64,000 nt of DNA from Raja brachyura (Eukaryota): contig OY740792.1 of the NCBI GenBank assembly GCA_963514005.1, positions 21,080,001 through 21,144,000 on the forward strand, read 5' to 3'. Below, piece by piece: positions 36,026-48,724 of this stretch (the stretch's first letter is position 1; every line of letters begins with the position of its first letter). A program made the position numbers and the translations under genes. A model generated the notes under the pieces. The model was not told where the DNA came from and did not search any database. It was given only the letters and a program-made list of their open reading frames with translations.

Positions 36026-38355
36026 CTGTAATGCATTTCAGAGAAACCAAATATAACTGACAATTTGTAAACAAAGGTAAAAATCAAATGCATTGTTTTA
36101 AAGATGACATAGATACACAGCACATATCAATCCCACAGACTGAAATCCATACAAACTACACAAAAGGAATGACAGGAAGAGGTCAGAAGGCAACAACTGT
36201 TCTGCAAAGTAGTTCTGAGTTCAGCAAAAGGGGTAGGAAGTTGACAAATTTTCCTTCTCTAATAAGGACATTAAACATAAATGGATAACACGAGACATGC
36301 GTGCACTTTGCACTGTCAAAGAAGTTAACCAAACTAACTAAAAGTGACAACTCATGCAGAACAACGTTAAGATGGAATAGTTGCATTCATGCAGTGCATG
36401 ACACGGTTCTTATAGCTATTGGAAAATCTTGAATAGACATGGTAATAGGCTACATAAGTGGATATATTTTTGTCCTGTGCTCAATCATGTCATGGTGATC
36501 CTTTCCCTTTTCAATTCAAACTTGCATCCTTATCCTCTGACATACCAGCTCAAACATACACAGCCTTTCCTCCCTTACATCATGTTGCTCCTTCCCCTCC
36601 AAATTATTCTATATTCTCCTTCCTCTGTACTCGATTTGTTGCTTCTTATTGGTTGGTCCTCAACTATCCTCACTGACACTAAGGTTTTTTTGGGACAAGG
36701 AAGCCCAATAGATCCTGATTCCACAATAATTCTTCTATCATTGTCTGCACAAGGAGGATACAGGAATGGCACTGATGACAAAAGTGAAAACAAAGACACA
36801 TTTTGGCTACAAAACAATGGAAGTGATTGAATAACCATCAGAATAGGAAGAAATAATGCTTATATTGCAATGCAAAAGCGAGGACATGGCTTATGCTCGA
36901 AACCTGAAATAAAAGCAGTAGAATGCTGGAAATTACATATCAGGCAGCATTTATGTAGAAAGAAACAGTCAGTCAATGGTTGAGGTAAATAATCCTTCAT
37001 AGGACTAGGACTACAGTTAAAGAAGAAATGCAGAGGCAAGGGGAGGAAGGAACAAAAAGCAAGACAGTGATAGGATGAAAGGCAGCAGAAATTGTAAGAC
37101 AAAAGGGGTGATAAAATGGTAGCAATAGCTTGAACGAGGTAGAAATGTAGAATAATGATGTGGGATTAATATGAAATCAGTGAGAATGTTGGAAATCAGA
37201 GTAAATATGCAGGAAGAGTGATTATTTAAAATTGTCGAACTCAGTGTCGAGTCTGGAAGACAGCAATAGACCTTCACAGAAGATGATAAATGTAAATGCT
37301 GTTCCTCACGCTCATTTACACAGAATATTTATTTTGTTTTACTCTCCATACCTACTAAATATGTCTTGGCATTTTCTGGATTTATCTTGTGTTCTACTAT
37401 TTTCTTCAAAAGCCCAAATGCCAGAACAAAGGATTGTAGATTAGCTTGTAAACAATGTTTTGAGGAAAGCGAAAGAAGGTGTACGTCGCTTACTCCAATG
37501 CGTATTTCAAGAATATCATTGATATCCTCCTAAAGCTTAAAAGCAAAGCTTACACTAGTAAAATAATAAATTACTTAATTGAATTTACTTGCCTTACTAA
37601 CCTATTTCCTCCTGTGCAGCTTTCTCACAATCTATTTCATGCAGCAGCAAGTAGATTATGAGAAATTAACTATTTTTTATCGTTAAAGGACTACAAACTA
37701 GACGCTGAAGAAGTCGCATTTAAACCATGTTACTGAGCTTTAACAACTAAATGTGTTGAGTCCTTGTTTAAAAGCTCCAAATGTTTGAAATTATTATAAG
37801 ATAGATATGAAATTTACACATCCTTACTTGAAAAGGACATCTGCTACAGAACTCTGAATGCAGTGAACTTCACCTTAGGTTCTACTATTTATGATGGGCA
37901 AGATGAGAAACAGCTTTGAATACAACACACTAGCGCATCAATATACGAGCAACAAAAGCATAATCCACAATTTTTTCAAGCAGTGCATTTCTGAATTAAA
38001 CATATGAGTGGAGTAAAATGAGAAAATGAAAATCAGCCAAGTTTCCTTCTGTGTCTTCAAAGGACCTGTGCAAAAGAACTTGCATGAAAATGGATATCAA
38101 CTTATCTACAATTTTCAAAAGGAATGCTGGTGAGAATTGGGAGGAGGATAGAAAAGGAGGATTAATACAGATTGGTAAAAAAAGGTTGAAAATATGGTTC
38201 GTGCAATTTATAGTTTTTGGAATGAATTAAATGTGGAAAAAAACATCATGAAATGTAGCAATAAATCAGTACATTTCAGTCCAGTTTGTGGACCAATATT
38301 TTTTTTGGAGAAAATTACAAATACATCTCATGCAAACAGCTCCATATCCGACTAA

Positions 38356-39243
38356 AGGGCCTGTCCCACCAGCATGCGACTCCATGCAGTGAGCACGACC
38401 AAACTGGAAGCGGGGGCCGCGCGGAGGTCAGGTGATCCCCGTACAGGGCCGGTCCCACCAGCATGCGCCTGCATGCGACGAGTGCGACCAAACCGGCAGC
38501 GGGGGCCGCGCGGAGGTCGTGTGACTGACGCGACGTGGCGCGAAGTTGGAGCGAAGTCCGCGGTAAGTTCACAAGGACAGAGAGGGACACACAGAGAGGG
38601 TCGCGGAGGCACACAGAGAGGGTCATGGAGGCACATATAGAGAGGGTCATGGAGGCACATATAGAGAGGGTCACGGAGGCACACAGAGAGGCTCACGGAG
38701 CCACAGAGGGAGGGTCACGGAAGCACAGAGAGAGGGTCATGGAGGCACACATATAGAGAGAGGCATGGAGGCACACAGAGAGAGGGCCACGGAGGCACAC
38801 AGACAGGGTCACGGAGGCACATATCGAGAAGGTCACGGAGGAACACAGAGAGGCTCACGGAGCCACAGAGAGAAAGTCACGGAAGCACAGAGAGAGGGTC
38901 ATGGAGGCACACATATAGAGAGAGGCACGGAGGCACACAGAGAGAGGGCCACGGAGGCACACAGAGAGGGTCACGGAGGCACATATAGAGAGGGTCACGG
39001 AGGCACGATGTCGAGGCGGTGCGTAATGCGTCAAGGTGGCTGCGGGCCGACAGGCCGTTGCTGCGTGGAATTTTTGGACACGGTCAGTTTTTCGGAGCCC
39101 TGCGCGATTTTGGGACCAGCCCCGCACAACTCTATACGGCTCCAGCGATCGAAGTGGGACCGGCCCCGCGAGGCCGGACGGCTCAAGCGACCACGTTAGG
39201 TTGCGCTCACCGCATGGAGTCGCATGCTGGTGGGACAGGCCCT
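38356..39243. mobile_element. PIF/Harbinger MITE with internal minisatellite
   Basis: TIR agggcctgtcccaccagcatgcgactccatgc / gcatggagtcgcatgctggtgggacaggccct; TAA at 38353-55 and 39244-46. Confidence 0.88.
38580..39006 (+). repeat. ~22-26-bp minisatellite (gagagggtcacggaggcacaca variants)
   Basis: Many imperfect tandem copies visible directly. Confidence 0.9.
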
Positions 39244-39397
39244 TAAGTAACTGAGAAAAACAACATTCTCTCATTGAAAACTATTATGTTTACAAATGCA
39301 GACGTAGATGTCAAAAATGATGCTGTTTAAAGGTGAAATATAATGCATGCATTATATTGTAAAAGACATCCTGATTTTTTATGCATCACTGAACTAC

Positions 39398-39478
39398 CTG
39401 TGAATTTTTGTGTATCCATGTCATCAGGTTCAGATGTTGGATCGAAATGTTTACTGCTTGTAGGTGGCATCTCAGGTT
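39398..39478 (-). CDS. 81-nt phase-1 exon (EPEMPPTSSKHFDPTSEPDDMDTQKFT)
   Basis: Acceptor ttttctctgaaataaattacag|AA, donor ACAG|gtagtt. Confidence 0.78.
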
Positions 39479-41457
39479 CTGTAATTTATTTCAGAGAAAA
39501 CAAACACTGTGATCATCCACATTAACTGATGTATGACAACTATGGTAGAAATGAAATGGAAGAAGCAGCTTGGCAATGCAGTGGGCTGGTGCAGATTAAT
39601 GGGTGTGAAATCAGAAAGGTAATAATTTTCTTACATAACATGGTATGTGAAATGAGAATTCAAGTAAAAATAATTGAAGTGGAGTAAAATAATAATTATT
39701 TCTACAAAAGAAGTAGGAACGATTCTCGGAATGACTTCTCCCGGTTAAATAGAATGCATTTAGAAAGTCCAAAATCTTGTTCTAGATACGCAGTCACTAC
39801 ATAATATCAGTAAATAATATCGGTATTAATATGGCGTACAAGCATATATATTCATATATTAATACATGGAATATATAACTATCAATATTGCTCAAAACTG
39901 AATGTTTTGGTGGTATACCATAAACCAAATGTGAATAAAGATGATGATGGCTGATAATTCATGTTTTTCTTATTTACATTTGGGATCCAAACAATATTTC
40001 ACAGAATATTTATTTCACTTTTGCTAACATCCAACACAATTCCACAGTAGGATATCTTGTTTTACATGGAAACTTCATCAGTTTCAGTTAAGAATTATAA
40101 CCATGGAGATTTGTTGTAGATAAATCAGACTGAGTGTTGTGCATGAAGGAGTGTTGAGCATGACCTCATAGGGCCTCCTAGGACCACGTGTCAGCCATGT
40201 TCTGAGTTTGAGTCGAGGGCAAACTCTTCTAAACTCACAGATTAGGTTGCCGCAGTGGGACAGCCCCTTAATTCTGTTCCCTCTTTGCGATGTCTGAGAA
40301 GGTGGCAATGAAAGGAAGCCAAAAGAGCAATACCTAAAGAACCTAAAGAACTATACCATTAATTATTTACTTTTTTATACCATTAACTGAATGAGATGAC
40401 CTAACAAGTCTATTAAATTACATAGCATACCCATTGTTAGAATGCTGCAATTTAACAAACTCTAAGGGACTCTGTGCAAACAGCAATAGACTGGATGTTA
40501 TGCAATTCTTCTTTTCCTAGTTTCTGGAAACTAATGCTCATTAATGTAGTAGGCACTGACTCACTTCAGCTCTGTGAAAAAGCAGAATTGCATTCTGTAG
40601 AAGAGCCCTTTAATGTCATGATCTGTGAAACCAGAATATTGCTCTCTGGCAGAAAGCAGAGTATTTTTTCTTCTATTGGCCATTTTTTCTCTATTTGTAT
40701 AGTAGAAGATGTAAAGCAGTGGAAGTGAAAGAGGATGCCACAAATCCAAGATTCCAGCCATCACGAGTTTTGGCCATGCTGATGGTCTGGCAGCTCTTTT
40801 CTAATTTTGTATGTTCAGACGTAGACTCATTATCTTATCCTTTTCAATTATTTAAATTCACAGTGGAAAGGAAGCAAACCAATTTTTTGAATGGGAAGAG
40901 TGGCTTAATAGGGGGTTGTTTTTGTACCTTTTGAAGATGCATCAAACACTTCTGGTTCAGACCTAGATACATATTACCTGTCCACCAAATGGTGAAATAA
41001 TCTCTTGGTATGGAGTGAGTTAAAAAGCAAACTAGAGGCACAAATTTATATCTCTGAACTTGATCAAGCAGTATAGTTCTCCTATTGTCCAATACATTTC
41101 TTAAAATATTCCAACAAATTTGTTGCGTCTGTATTTCTCATTTCCATGCCAGGTTTTATTGACCATGTACTGCACATCATGCAGGTGAACTGATTAAACG
41201 TTAGACAACCAAACTGTTATTTATCAATTCCAAACATTCCATTAGATTACTTTTAAACACAATCGGAGTATTTTTGCATTGGTCATGCTATGTATCAGGC
41301 GTCAACAAACTCAAGACCATGAAATCATGAACTTGTAAACTATTAAAGCTAAGAAAGCATTAGAATGGACACGCAAAGTCTCATAAACAATTACATGCAA
41401 CTTGCTGCAACTGTCCAAGAAAAATCTCACATCCATGTTAGCTCTTATTGTAACTAC

Positions 41458-41547
41458 CTGTGAACTGCTTCGTTTCCATGGAATCTAATGCAGATGGAGT
41501 GTCTGGAGGGTTTAAAAATGAATTGCTGGAGGATGGCAACTCAATTT
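41458..41547 (-). CDS. 90-nt phase-1 exon (EIELPSSSNSFLNPPDTPSALDSMETKQFT)
   Basis: Acceptor tcatccag|AA, donor ACAG|gtagtt. Confidence 0.78.
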
Positions 41548-42114
41548 CTGGATGATATGTGGAAAAGAACAAATATTTTGAATATTTAAGTAAAGTATCA
41601 CTGCAAAAATAAATCATATCCAACATCAGAATAAAAATAAAGTTGACTCAAATAATGACATTTATGATGGGACAACTAACATCTACTAAAAAAGTGGTTA
41701 GTTTTGAAATCAATTATTTTGTGAATGTGTAGTAATTCAAAATGAAGTATCAAAAATACATCAATGCATTTCAACGTATTCTTCTTTCAGCATTCTACAC
41801 ATATAAATGCTAAATAGTGTCTTACTTAATATTTTTTTAAAGTGCTGACATTGGCCTCTGTGAAAGGCAGGTGTATGCTTGAACATCATTTCATTAGCTG
41901 ACAGCTCCTGGATTGAATTGTCAACATATGATGTGTATCAAATGACTTGATATTTCAAAAATTGTTACGAGATACATTTCAAACTAGGTAAAGAATACTA
42001 ATATCCCAATGATGATTGGTTAAAACTATTCCATCAAATGCCTTATTCTGGAAAACAATAATAATTACAGCTCTTACAATACTCAAGTGGGCCCTTTGCG
42101 ATTTTATTAATGAG

Positions 42115-42410
42115 AGGAGATTAATTTGCAAGTTGAGTCAGTAGTAAGGAAGGCAAATGCAATGTTAGCATTCATTTTGAGAGGACTAGAATATTAAAGT
42201 AAGGATATAATGCTAAAGCTTTTTAAAGCAGACCACATTTGGGATATTGTGAACAGTTTTGGGTCCCATATCCGAGGAAGAATATGCTGGTGTTGGAGAG
42301 GCTTCAGAGGATGTTTATGAGAATGATCCTGGGGTTGATTAAGTTAACATATGAGGAGCATTTGATGACTCTGGGACTATACTTGGGGAAATTAGAAGGA
42401 TGAGGGGGCT
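42115..42410 (+). mobile_element. Degraded CR1 fragment
   Basis: gtaaggaaggcaaatgcaatgttagcattcatt (VRKANAMLAFI) and PHLGYCEQFWVPY remnants. Confidence 0.7.
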
Positions 42411-43540
42411 TATGATAATAACCAGAATTTTTCCCAATAATAACAGTTCAGATAATTATTATCAAGGCCATGAGGAGAATTAACCCTATTCTTCATTAAA
42501 TCTGTTCCTCCTGGATCTTTTACATCCAATGGACAGGGCAAACAAAATGTTAATTTATTATATCATCCACAAAATTACAACTCCAGCATCCTTGATAATT
42601 TAATAGTATCATATAATCTAATATTTAATATGAGTGTTATACAAATAAGCTCTGCGATGAAAGAGCAACACATTTAATAATGGCTGTGTTTAGGAACAGA
42701 ATCTGTGGTATGCAGAAAGCATCAATTCAGGGAATTAAAAAAATTACAATTACAGTACAATTTTTAGTATATATGGGCATGATTCTAAGCAAAAAGTGAC
42801 ATTAGAAGCACAAGGAACTGCAGATGCCGGAATCTTGAGGAAAACACAAATGCTGGAGTAACTCAGTGTTCAGGCAGCTTTTGTGGAGGGTATGGATAGG
42901 CAATGTTTTGGGTCAGGGCCCTTTTTCAGTCTCAGTCTGAACAATGTTGCTTATCCATTCCTTCCATAGATGCTGCCTGACCCAATGAGTTACTCCAATT
43001 TCGTGGTAAGCTTGAAAAAGTGACCATTTCTATTTCTGGTTTCCTTTGCTCCATTGATGCTGCCTCACCCGCTGAGTTTCTCCAGCATTTTTGTCTACCA
43101 GCAATTGCAGTTCCTTTTGTTCCTGGAGCGAGTTTTTGGTCGCTCTCGCTCCCACCACAGTTGGGCTCTGTACAGGAACGTCACCAAAGAAAAGTCATTT
43201 AACCACCACCTATCAACATTCCTAGTCAGCCAGAGAGCCAATTACCCAATTAACCTATATCACTATTTTCCACTCCTTGACTGCCAACCCACTGAATACC
43301 CAAAAGATGACGCCATACCCATTGTACCTGAGGCTCCCTTCTTCCTATAATTTAAGCCCATGTCCTGATCCATCAACAGGCAAAGCCATCGACCCCCAGA
43401 TGCCAACTTTCAATGGCTAATACGTTATCCCATCCAGCAGGGGGTTCTCTAATTGATAGTGCATCTTCCCACACCCAGAACTGATCCTCTCATAGCTGAA
43501 CCTATTCCTGAGAGGCCCTAAGCAAGGCTTTAATTACCAT

Positions 43541-43766
43541 GTGTTAAAGAAGGAACTGCAGATGCTGGAGAATCGAGGGTTACACAAAAAGCTGGAGAAA
43601 CTCAGCGGGTGCAGCAGCATTTAAGGAGCGAAGGAGATAGGCGACGTTTCAGGTCGAGACCCGAAGAAGGGTCTGAAGAAGGGTCTCGACCCGAAACGTC
43701 GCCTATCTCCTTCGCTCCTTAGATGCTGCTGCACCCGCTGAGTTTCTCCAGCTTTTTGTGTAACCC
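43541..43766 (+). mobile_element. Penelope-type inverted-repeat element with hammerhead motif (43669-43704)
   Basis: Perfect 14-bp TSD gctttaattaccat (43527-40 / 43767-80). 86-nt inverted arms at 43577-43662 and 43681-43766. Core CUGAAGA-A-GGGUCUCGACCC-GAAA-CGUC. Confidence 0.8.
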
Positions 43767-44270
43767 GCTTTAATTACCATTATCCTCTCCTAACCTCCAA
43801 ATCCACACTCAATTTCACTGCAAGCTCTCAAGTAACCTGCAGTGGTCCTGTTTCAAGAGGGAGTGCTGACCAACAGTTTTGAGTCCTGAATAATCAGTCA
43901 TTGAGTCATGGAAACTTTGGGCATCCTTTGGTTTGTGTGTTGCATTTAAATTGACATTTATGTATTTTAGCAACAGTCTACTGGAACTAATTATATCAAT
44001 TTGATGCATATTTCATTCTGGCTTATTTTTTCACAAATATTAAATCATACAAACAATTATTTGTTACTGATTAATTGGCTTTGAAAACCATCCCTAATTA
44101 CCATTATACATTATGGTAGACACATCAAGTTTTATATTTCAAACTATTCTTATCATGACCATTGACATGAAACATATGAATCTTTAGAAATTCTCATACT
44201 AATAAGCTGTATTTGTTACATTATATTTGTTTCCTTTCATGCAAAAATAACCCCTGCACGTAGAAGCTAC

Positions 44271-44360
44271 CTGGAAGATCCCGATTGCCCACATCAGTAT
44301 GGTCTGAAGTTGTTCTTAATATATTGAATGGCATTTTAGTAGAAGATGGCGTCTCAGGTT
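44271..44360 (-). CDS. 90-nt phase-1 exon (EPETPSSTKMPFNILRTTSDHTDVGNRDLP)
   Basis: Acceptor gcgttgcag|AA, donor CCAG|gtagct. Confidence 0.75.
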
Positions 44361-45265
44361 CTGCAACGCATTTTAGAAAATTAAGTTGAAATATTTTCCT
44401 GATCAAGTTACGAAAAAATGTTATCAAAATGGGATAAAGAATAGATTTTACTTCCAGTGACCCTAATTGGCATCTCGAGAAACACATTGACACCATGCAC
44501 TATTAATAGTTTTCTGGCAAAACTTACAACATTCTGATGTTGTCTATTCAGCTTCCAGCTTACTAATCAGACCATATGCTTAACCAAAATATGTTGAAAC
44601 ATTACTGGAAGTTGTAGCACACCATGTAAGTGATAGAACGTCACTTGCAGGATTAAGGATTTAAAGATGCAAATATTTTAAACCACCAACTTGCAAGCTC
44701 ATGAGATAGTAGAATGCAGATTCAAACATTACTGCACATTACAGACTTTCTCATTCTAGTTAGGTTCCTATGGAAATAATTAATGTAGTCCAGTAATCTG
44801 TCCACACAGTAAATGAATACTGGTGATAATGAATTTGCTCACATCTCTGCAGTTAATCCATAAAATCATTTTAGTAATCACTGCAACACATTACCCACCC
44901 ATTTCTCAGCTAAAGGCTATATCAATGGTCCACAAAAATGTGAAAAACAAAAAATAAAACATGAACAGAATACAGCCTCACACAGATTGAAAAATATTGC
45001 AAATACTTTCAGTTATTGGATATAGTTTCCTGAAGAAAAAAAACGTAATTTGGGTAATGAAACCTGACTTGGTTCACGTTGAAATACATAATAAACAAAG
45101 AATTTTACATTGAATTTGCCAAGTTTGGTAGATTAGATCTTAATGCCTAGAAAAATGAAGACTGTTTACACTAATGAAATTAATTTCCTGACATGATTCA
45201 CAATTTATAATGTGAATTATCTAATCGGATAATACACTCCTTGTTATTCCGATGAACAGGACTAC

Positions 45266-45334
45266 CTGTGAATTCATCCATGGTATCATGTTCAGAAGTT
45301 GTGCTTGGAGTGAGGAAAACTGGTAACTGAATTT
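45266..45334 (-). CDS. 69-nt phase-1 exon (EIQLPVFLTPSTTSEHDTMDEFT)
   Basis: Acceptor aattacag|AA, donor ACAG|gtagtc. Confidence 0.75.
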
Positions 45335-46565
45335 CTGTAATTTTTGCAGAAAAAAAACGTAAAGTTATTGAAGATAACAATTCCTTGTAATGTCAGTACT
45401 TTCCAATGAAACAAAGTTTGAGCATAATGCATGCACAATCACCTTGGTCAGCCATAACAATGAGAACAAAACCTTTAGTTATTAAATAAATCATAGCAAT
45501 CCAATCACAAAATACAATGATGAGGTCTGTTACATGGCATTGCATAAACACAACGTTGCTATACCATGCCATGCAGCAATACATGAAGACGTATATATCT
45601 CTGCAAGGTGCCATTCCATATCCCTTTGATAGAATGCAACCAGCATAACCAAACTATATTAATGTTAAAAGTTTGTTGGCATTATGGTAAAACATGAAAA
45701 CGTGCGACAACCAAAAAGTGAGCCTCAAGCAAATATCACTACAAAGCCAAATATAAAATATGGTTCCAAAATGCACTACGAAGCACACTGAATAATAAGA
45801 TTGCAGAGGGAACACAGAAAAATATTTTCTTTTGTTAGCCATTTATGATGTCAGTCTAAGTACAAGGATGTAGAACAGTTACAACTTCACAACTATTAAG
45901 AAACAGATTATTTAGCCAGACAGTACAGGGTGTTGTCTGCAATTTTTCACTTCATGCAAGTATCAAATTACCATGCTAAAACAATGGAGCAAAATTATTT
46001 TTGCTTCAAACATTCACAGGCAATGAGAACAAGGCACTCAATTAATACAATTAAGCCTCGTGCTCTGACAAATTAATAACTTCACAGTGATTAATTTATT
46101 TCTGCAAGATCCAAATAGGATTGCAGTTATATTCATGAAATACATGCTACACAGCCAAAGGTTAAATACCTCAAAGGCACTGCATTGCACATATTAATAA
46201 GTTCAAATAAATTGGATCATGTCTCATGAGAACTATTGGAACAATGTAAATGAGGAAAAGCAGATAACATCTTCATTTCAGTGCTATGCGCTTCAAAGCA
46301 TCTTTATTTGTGCTTTTGTACATGTAGTGGAAGTTTCTTTAATCACGAGTTCATAGTCTGAAGACATAGTCGACAAGTTACTTCAAACTAAAATGTCCAT
46401 ATAAATGATTTGGAATTATTCCAAATATTCAGAGATGTTTGTTTTACTTCTGTCTGTATATATACATATAAACAATAGAAGGACATACTATTTAACCAAT
46501 AATCTTCATAGAATAGCTTTATATATATATACACATTAGGTATCTGAAAAATATTGATGGCTTAC

Positions 46566-46634
46566 CTGTTCTGTCAGAATGAAGCATAGGTTTTGATGGG
46601 AAGGATGGAGTGGCTGAGGATGACAGCTTGGATT
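46566..46634 (-). CDS. 69-nt phase-1 exon (ESKLSSSATPSFPSKPMLHSDRT)
   Basis: Acceptor ttttgaattacag|AA, strong donor ACAG|gtaagc. Confidence 0.75.
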
Positions 46635-47149
46635 CTGTAATTCAAAATTGAACACATGACTGGAAAGACAGCTATTCTTTAATTCCCATTAAAAAAAAAC
46701 TGACTTTAAAAGCCTGTGGGAGCTTGCCCTTATGTCCTCTCATTATTCAGACTGACAAACTAAACCATCCTCTCTCCATGCCAAAACAATGGCAGAAACT
46801 TGGCATCTACGGTTCCTTTGGCCCTCAGGCTGTGTTACAATAAAAGTTTGGAACAGCATCACTGAAGTCCACGGAGCGTAATGCAAAAGATTTATAAGAA
46901 CATTATACCTTAATCTCAAAAACAAATGTTATTCCAATGTGGACAAGACCATCCCAGGAACTGTATAAGGGAAATTAAGTTCCAAATGCAATCTGTTGGC
47001 GAGGTAACATCAGTTTTTGTAGGCACAAGTTCCATTTGTGAGAACTTAAGTTTCATTTGTCTCTGCTTATACCTACTTATTTTGCACTTCAAGAACAATG
47101 TGCTTATATAATGCTTTATCGTATTCAAGTTACGTTAATCAAGTTACAT

Positions 47150-47460
47150 GGGCGGCACGATGGCGCGGTGGTAGTGTTTCTGCCTGAGCCCCAGGTCCAG
47201 GGTTCAATCCTGACTATGGGTGCTGCCAATATGGAGTTTGTACATTCTCCCCGTAACCTGCGAGAGTTTTCTCCAAGATCTTCGGTGGCCTCACACACTC
47301 CAAAGACGTACAGGTTTGCCTGTTAATTGACTCGGTATAAAATGTAAAATATTGTCCCTAGTGTGTGTAGAATAGTGTTAATGTGCGGGGATCGCTGGTC
47401 GGTGCGGATTCAGTGGGCTGAAGGGACTGTTTCTGCGCTGTATCTCTAAACTAAACTAAA
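47150..47460 (+). mobile_element. tRNA-derived SINE (V-SINE/HE1-like), near full length
   Basis: A-box-like tggcgcggtggt, B-box-like gggttcaatcc, V-domain-like tggagtttgtacattctccccgt and a (ctaaa)n tail. Confidence 0.8.
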
Positions 47461-48631
47461 AGTGTCCCAAGGCACGTTGCAAGAAAGTTATCCCACAAAA
47501 TTGGGCATTGAGCCCAATGATACACTAAAGGACATTAGAGCACTCTGCTGATAGGTGAAGAGTTTTTTGGTGCAAATTAGGACATGGGCAGCTGAGTTTA
47601 GAGAAGAAGCAAGCCATAGCCAGCTCAAGAGGTAATATGGCATGGATGAGAGTTTTGGGGCTAGGCTGCGGGGAAATACTGACCACGAAAAATGGGCTGA
47701 AGGGTATGGTCAAACATGAGACATAGTTATGAACAGCAAGGTTCAGTTGCAGATCAATGCCAAGGAAAAGGATGGAGTCACAGGACTAACATTGCGACTG
47801 AGATTAAAGGCAGTGGCTTTGGTCTTTCCAATGTTTAGTCATGGGAAAATAAAGGAGGAAATATCAGGCAGGTAATATTAAAACTATGAGCATCCACATG
47901 AACATGGGATTCATATTTGCAGTCCATGGTGATTCTGTTTTGCAAATGAGTGTAGGGCTTTGTGCTGTCTCGCTGTCTCTCTTATCGAATTCTAGTGGAC
48001 CTAGCAGCGACTGGTTAAACCAGTTGGGAGCAATATTCACACAAATCTACAATCTAGACTCCAGAAAGTGGAGATGAGGCTATAATGAAAAGTAGCCAAG
48101 GTAAATTATTTTAATGGGGTCTCGGCTATTCAAGGTGGAGACTAGTTTTGGTTTAGTAGACTAGTTCCATATGAATGTCAGATATTCCACAGTTGACATT
48201 TTGAAACTAAGTGAAAAAATTGAGGAGTTTTTAGTCACAATACTGAAAGAAAATAAGTCAGGGTAGTGATGGAGGATATGGGTGAATGAAACAATCTCAC
48301 TGGCTCACATAAACTATTGTAATAAAAAGAATGGCGAACCATGTGATAGACTGACAAAGGGGGTGATTGCAAATAGTTTAGTGAATTTATACTGAGGGAG
48401 AGCTAAAGGAAAGATAGCAGGTTGAGGAGATGGGTGGGAGGAGTGGCAATGGGGGAAGTGGAGTATGATGATTCTCACTAGAGGACTTTAGGATGTGCAT
48501 TCAATGGAGTGATTGGTTGCCTCACGCTGTAAATCTGTATGAGAGAGCCTAGGGAATGATTTGAAAAGTAAAAAATGACCAGTTGTTACCCAGACATCCT
48601 TTTTCACCCAATCCAATACCCAGGCCATTAC

Positions 48632-48724
48632 CTTTAGTTGTCAAGGGCTTCATTGCTGGTTTGTCATTTTCTTTTCTTGTTTTGCTCCTTTTCAGTGCTG
48701 GTTTAGAGACAGTGTTTGTAGTCT
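48632..48724 (-). CDS. 93-nt phase-1 Lys-rich exon (ETTNTVSKPALKRSKTRKENDKPAMKPLTTK)
   Basis: Acceptor cttatgtgtgcag|AG, donor AAAG|gtaatg, open frame. Confidence 0.65.

Noticed and set aside
36579-36744. 166-nt open minus-strand segment with plausible splice sites (DNDRRIIVESG...)
   Set aside because: Phase 1 to phase 2 would frameshift the downstream cassettes, and it has no family similarity. It needs RNA evidence.
38315-39274. Several 70-144 aa ORFs with repetitive peptides
   Set aside because: Translations of the MITE and its minisatellite.
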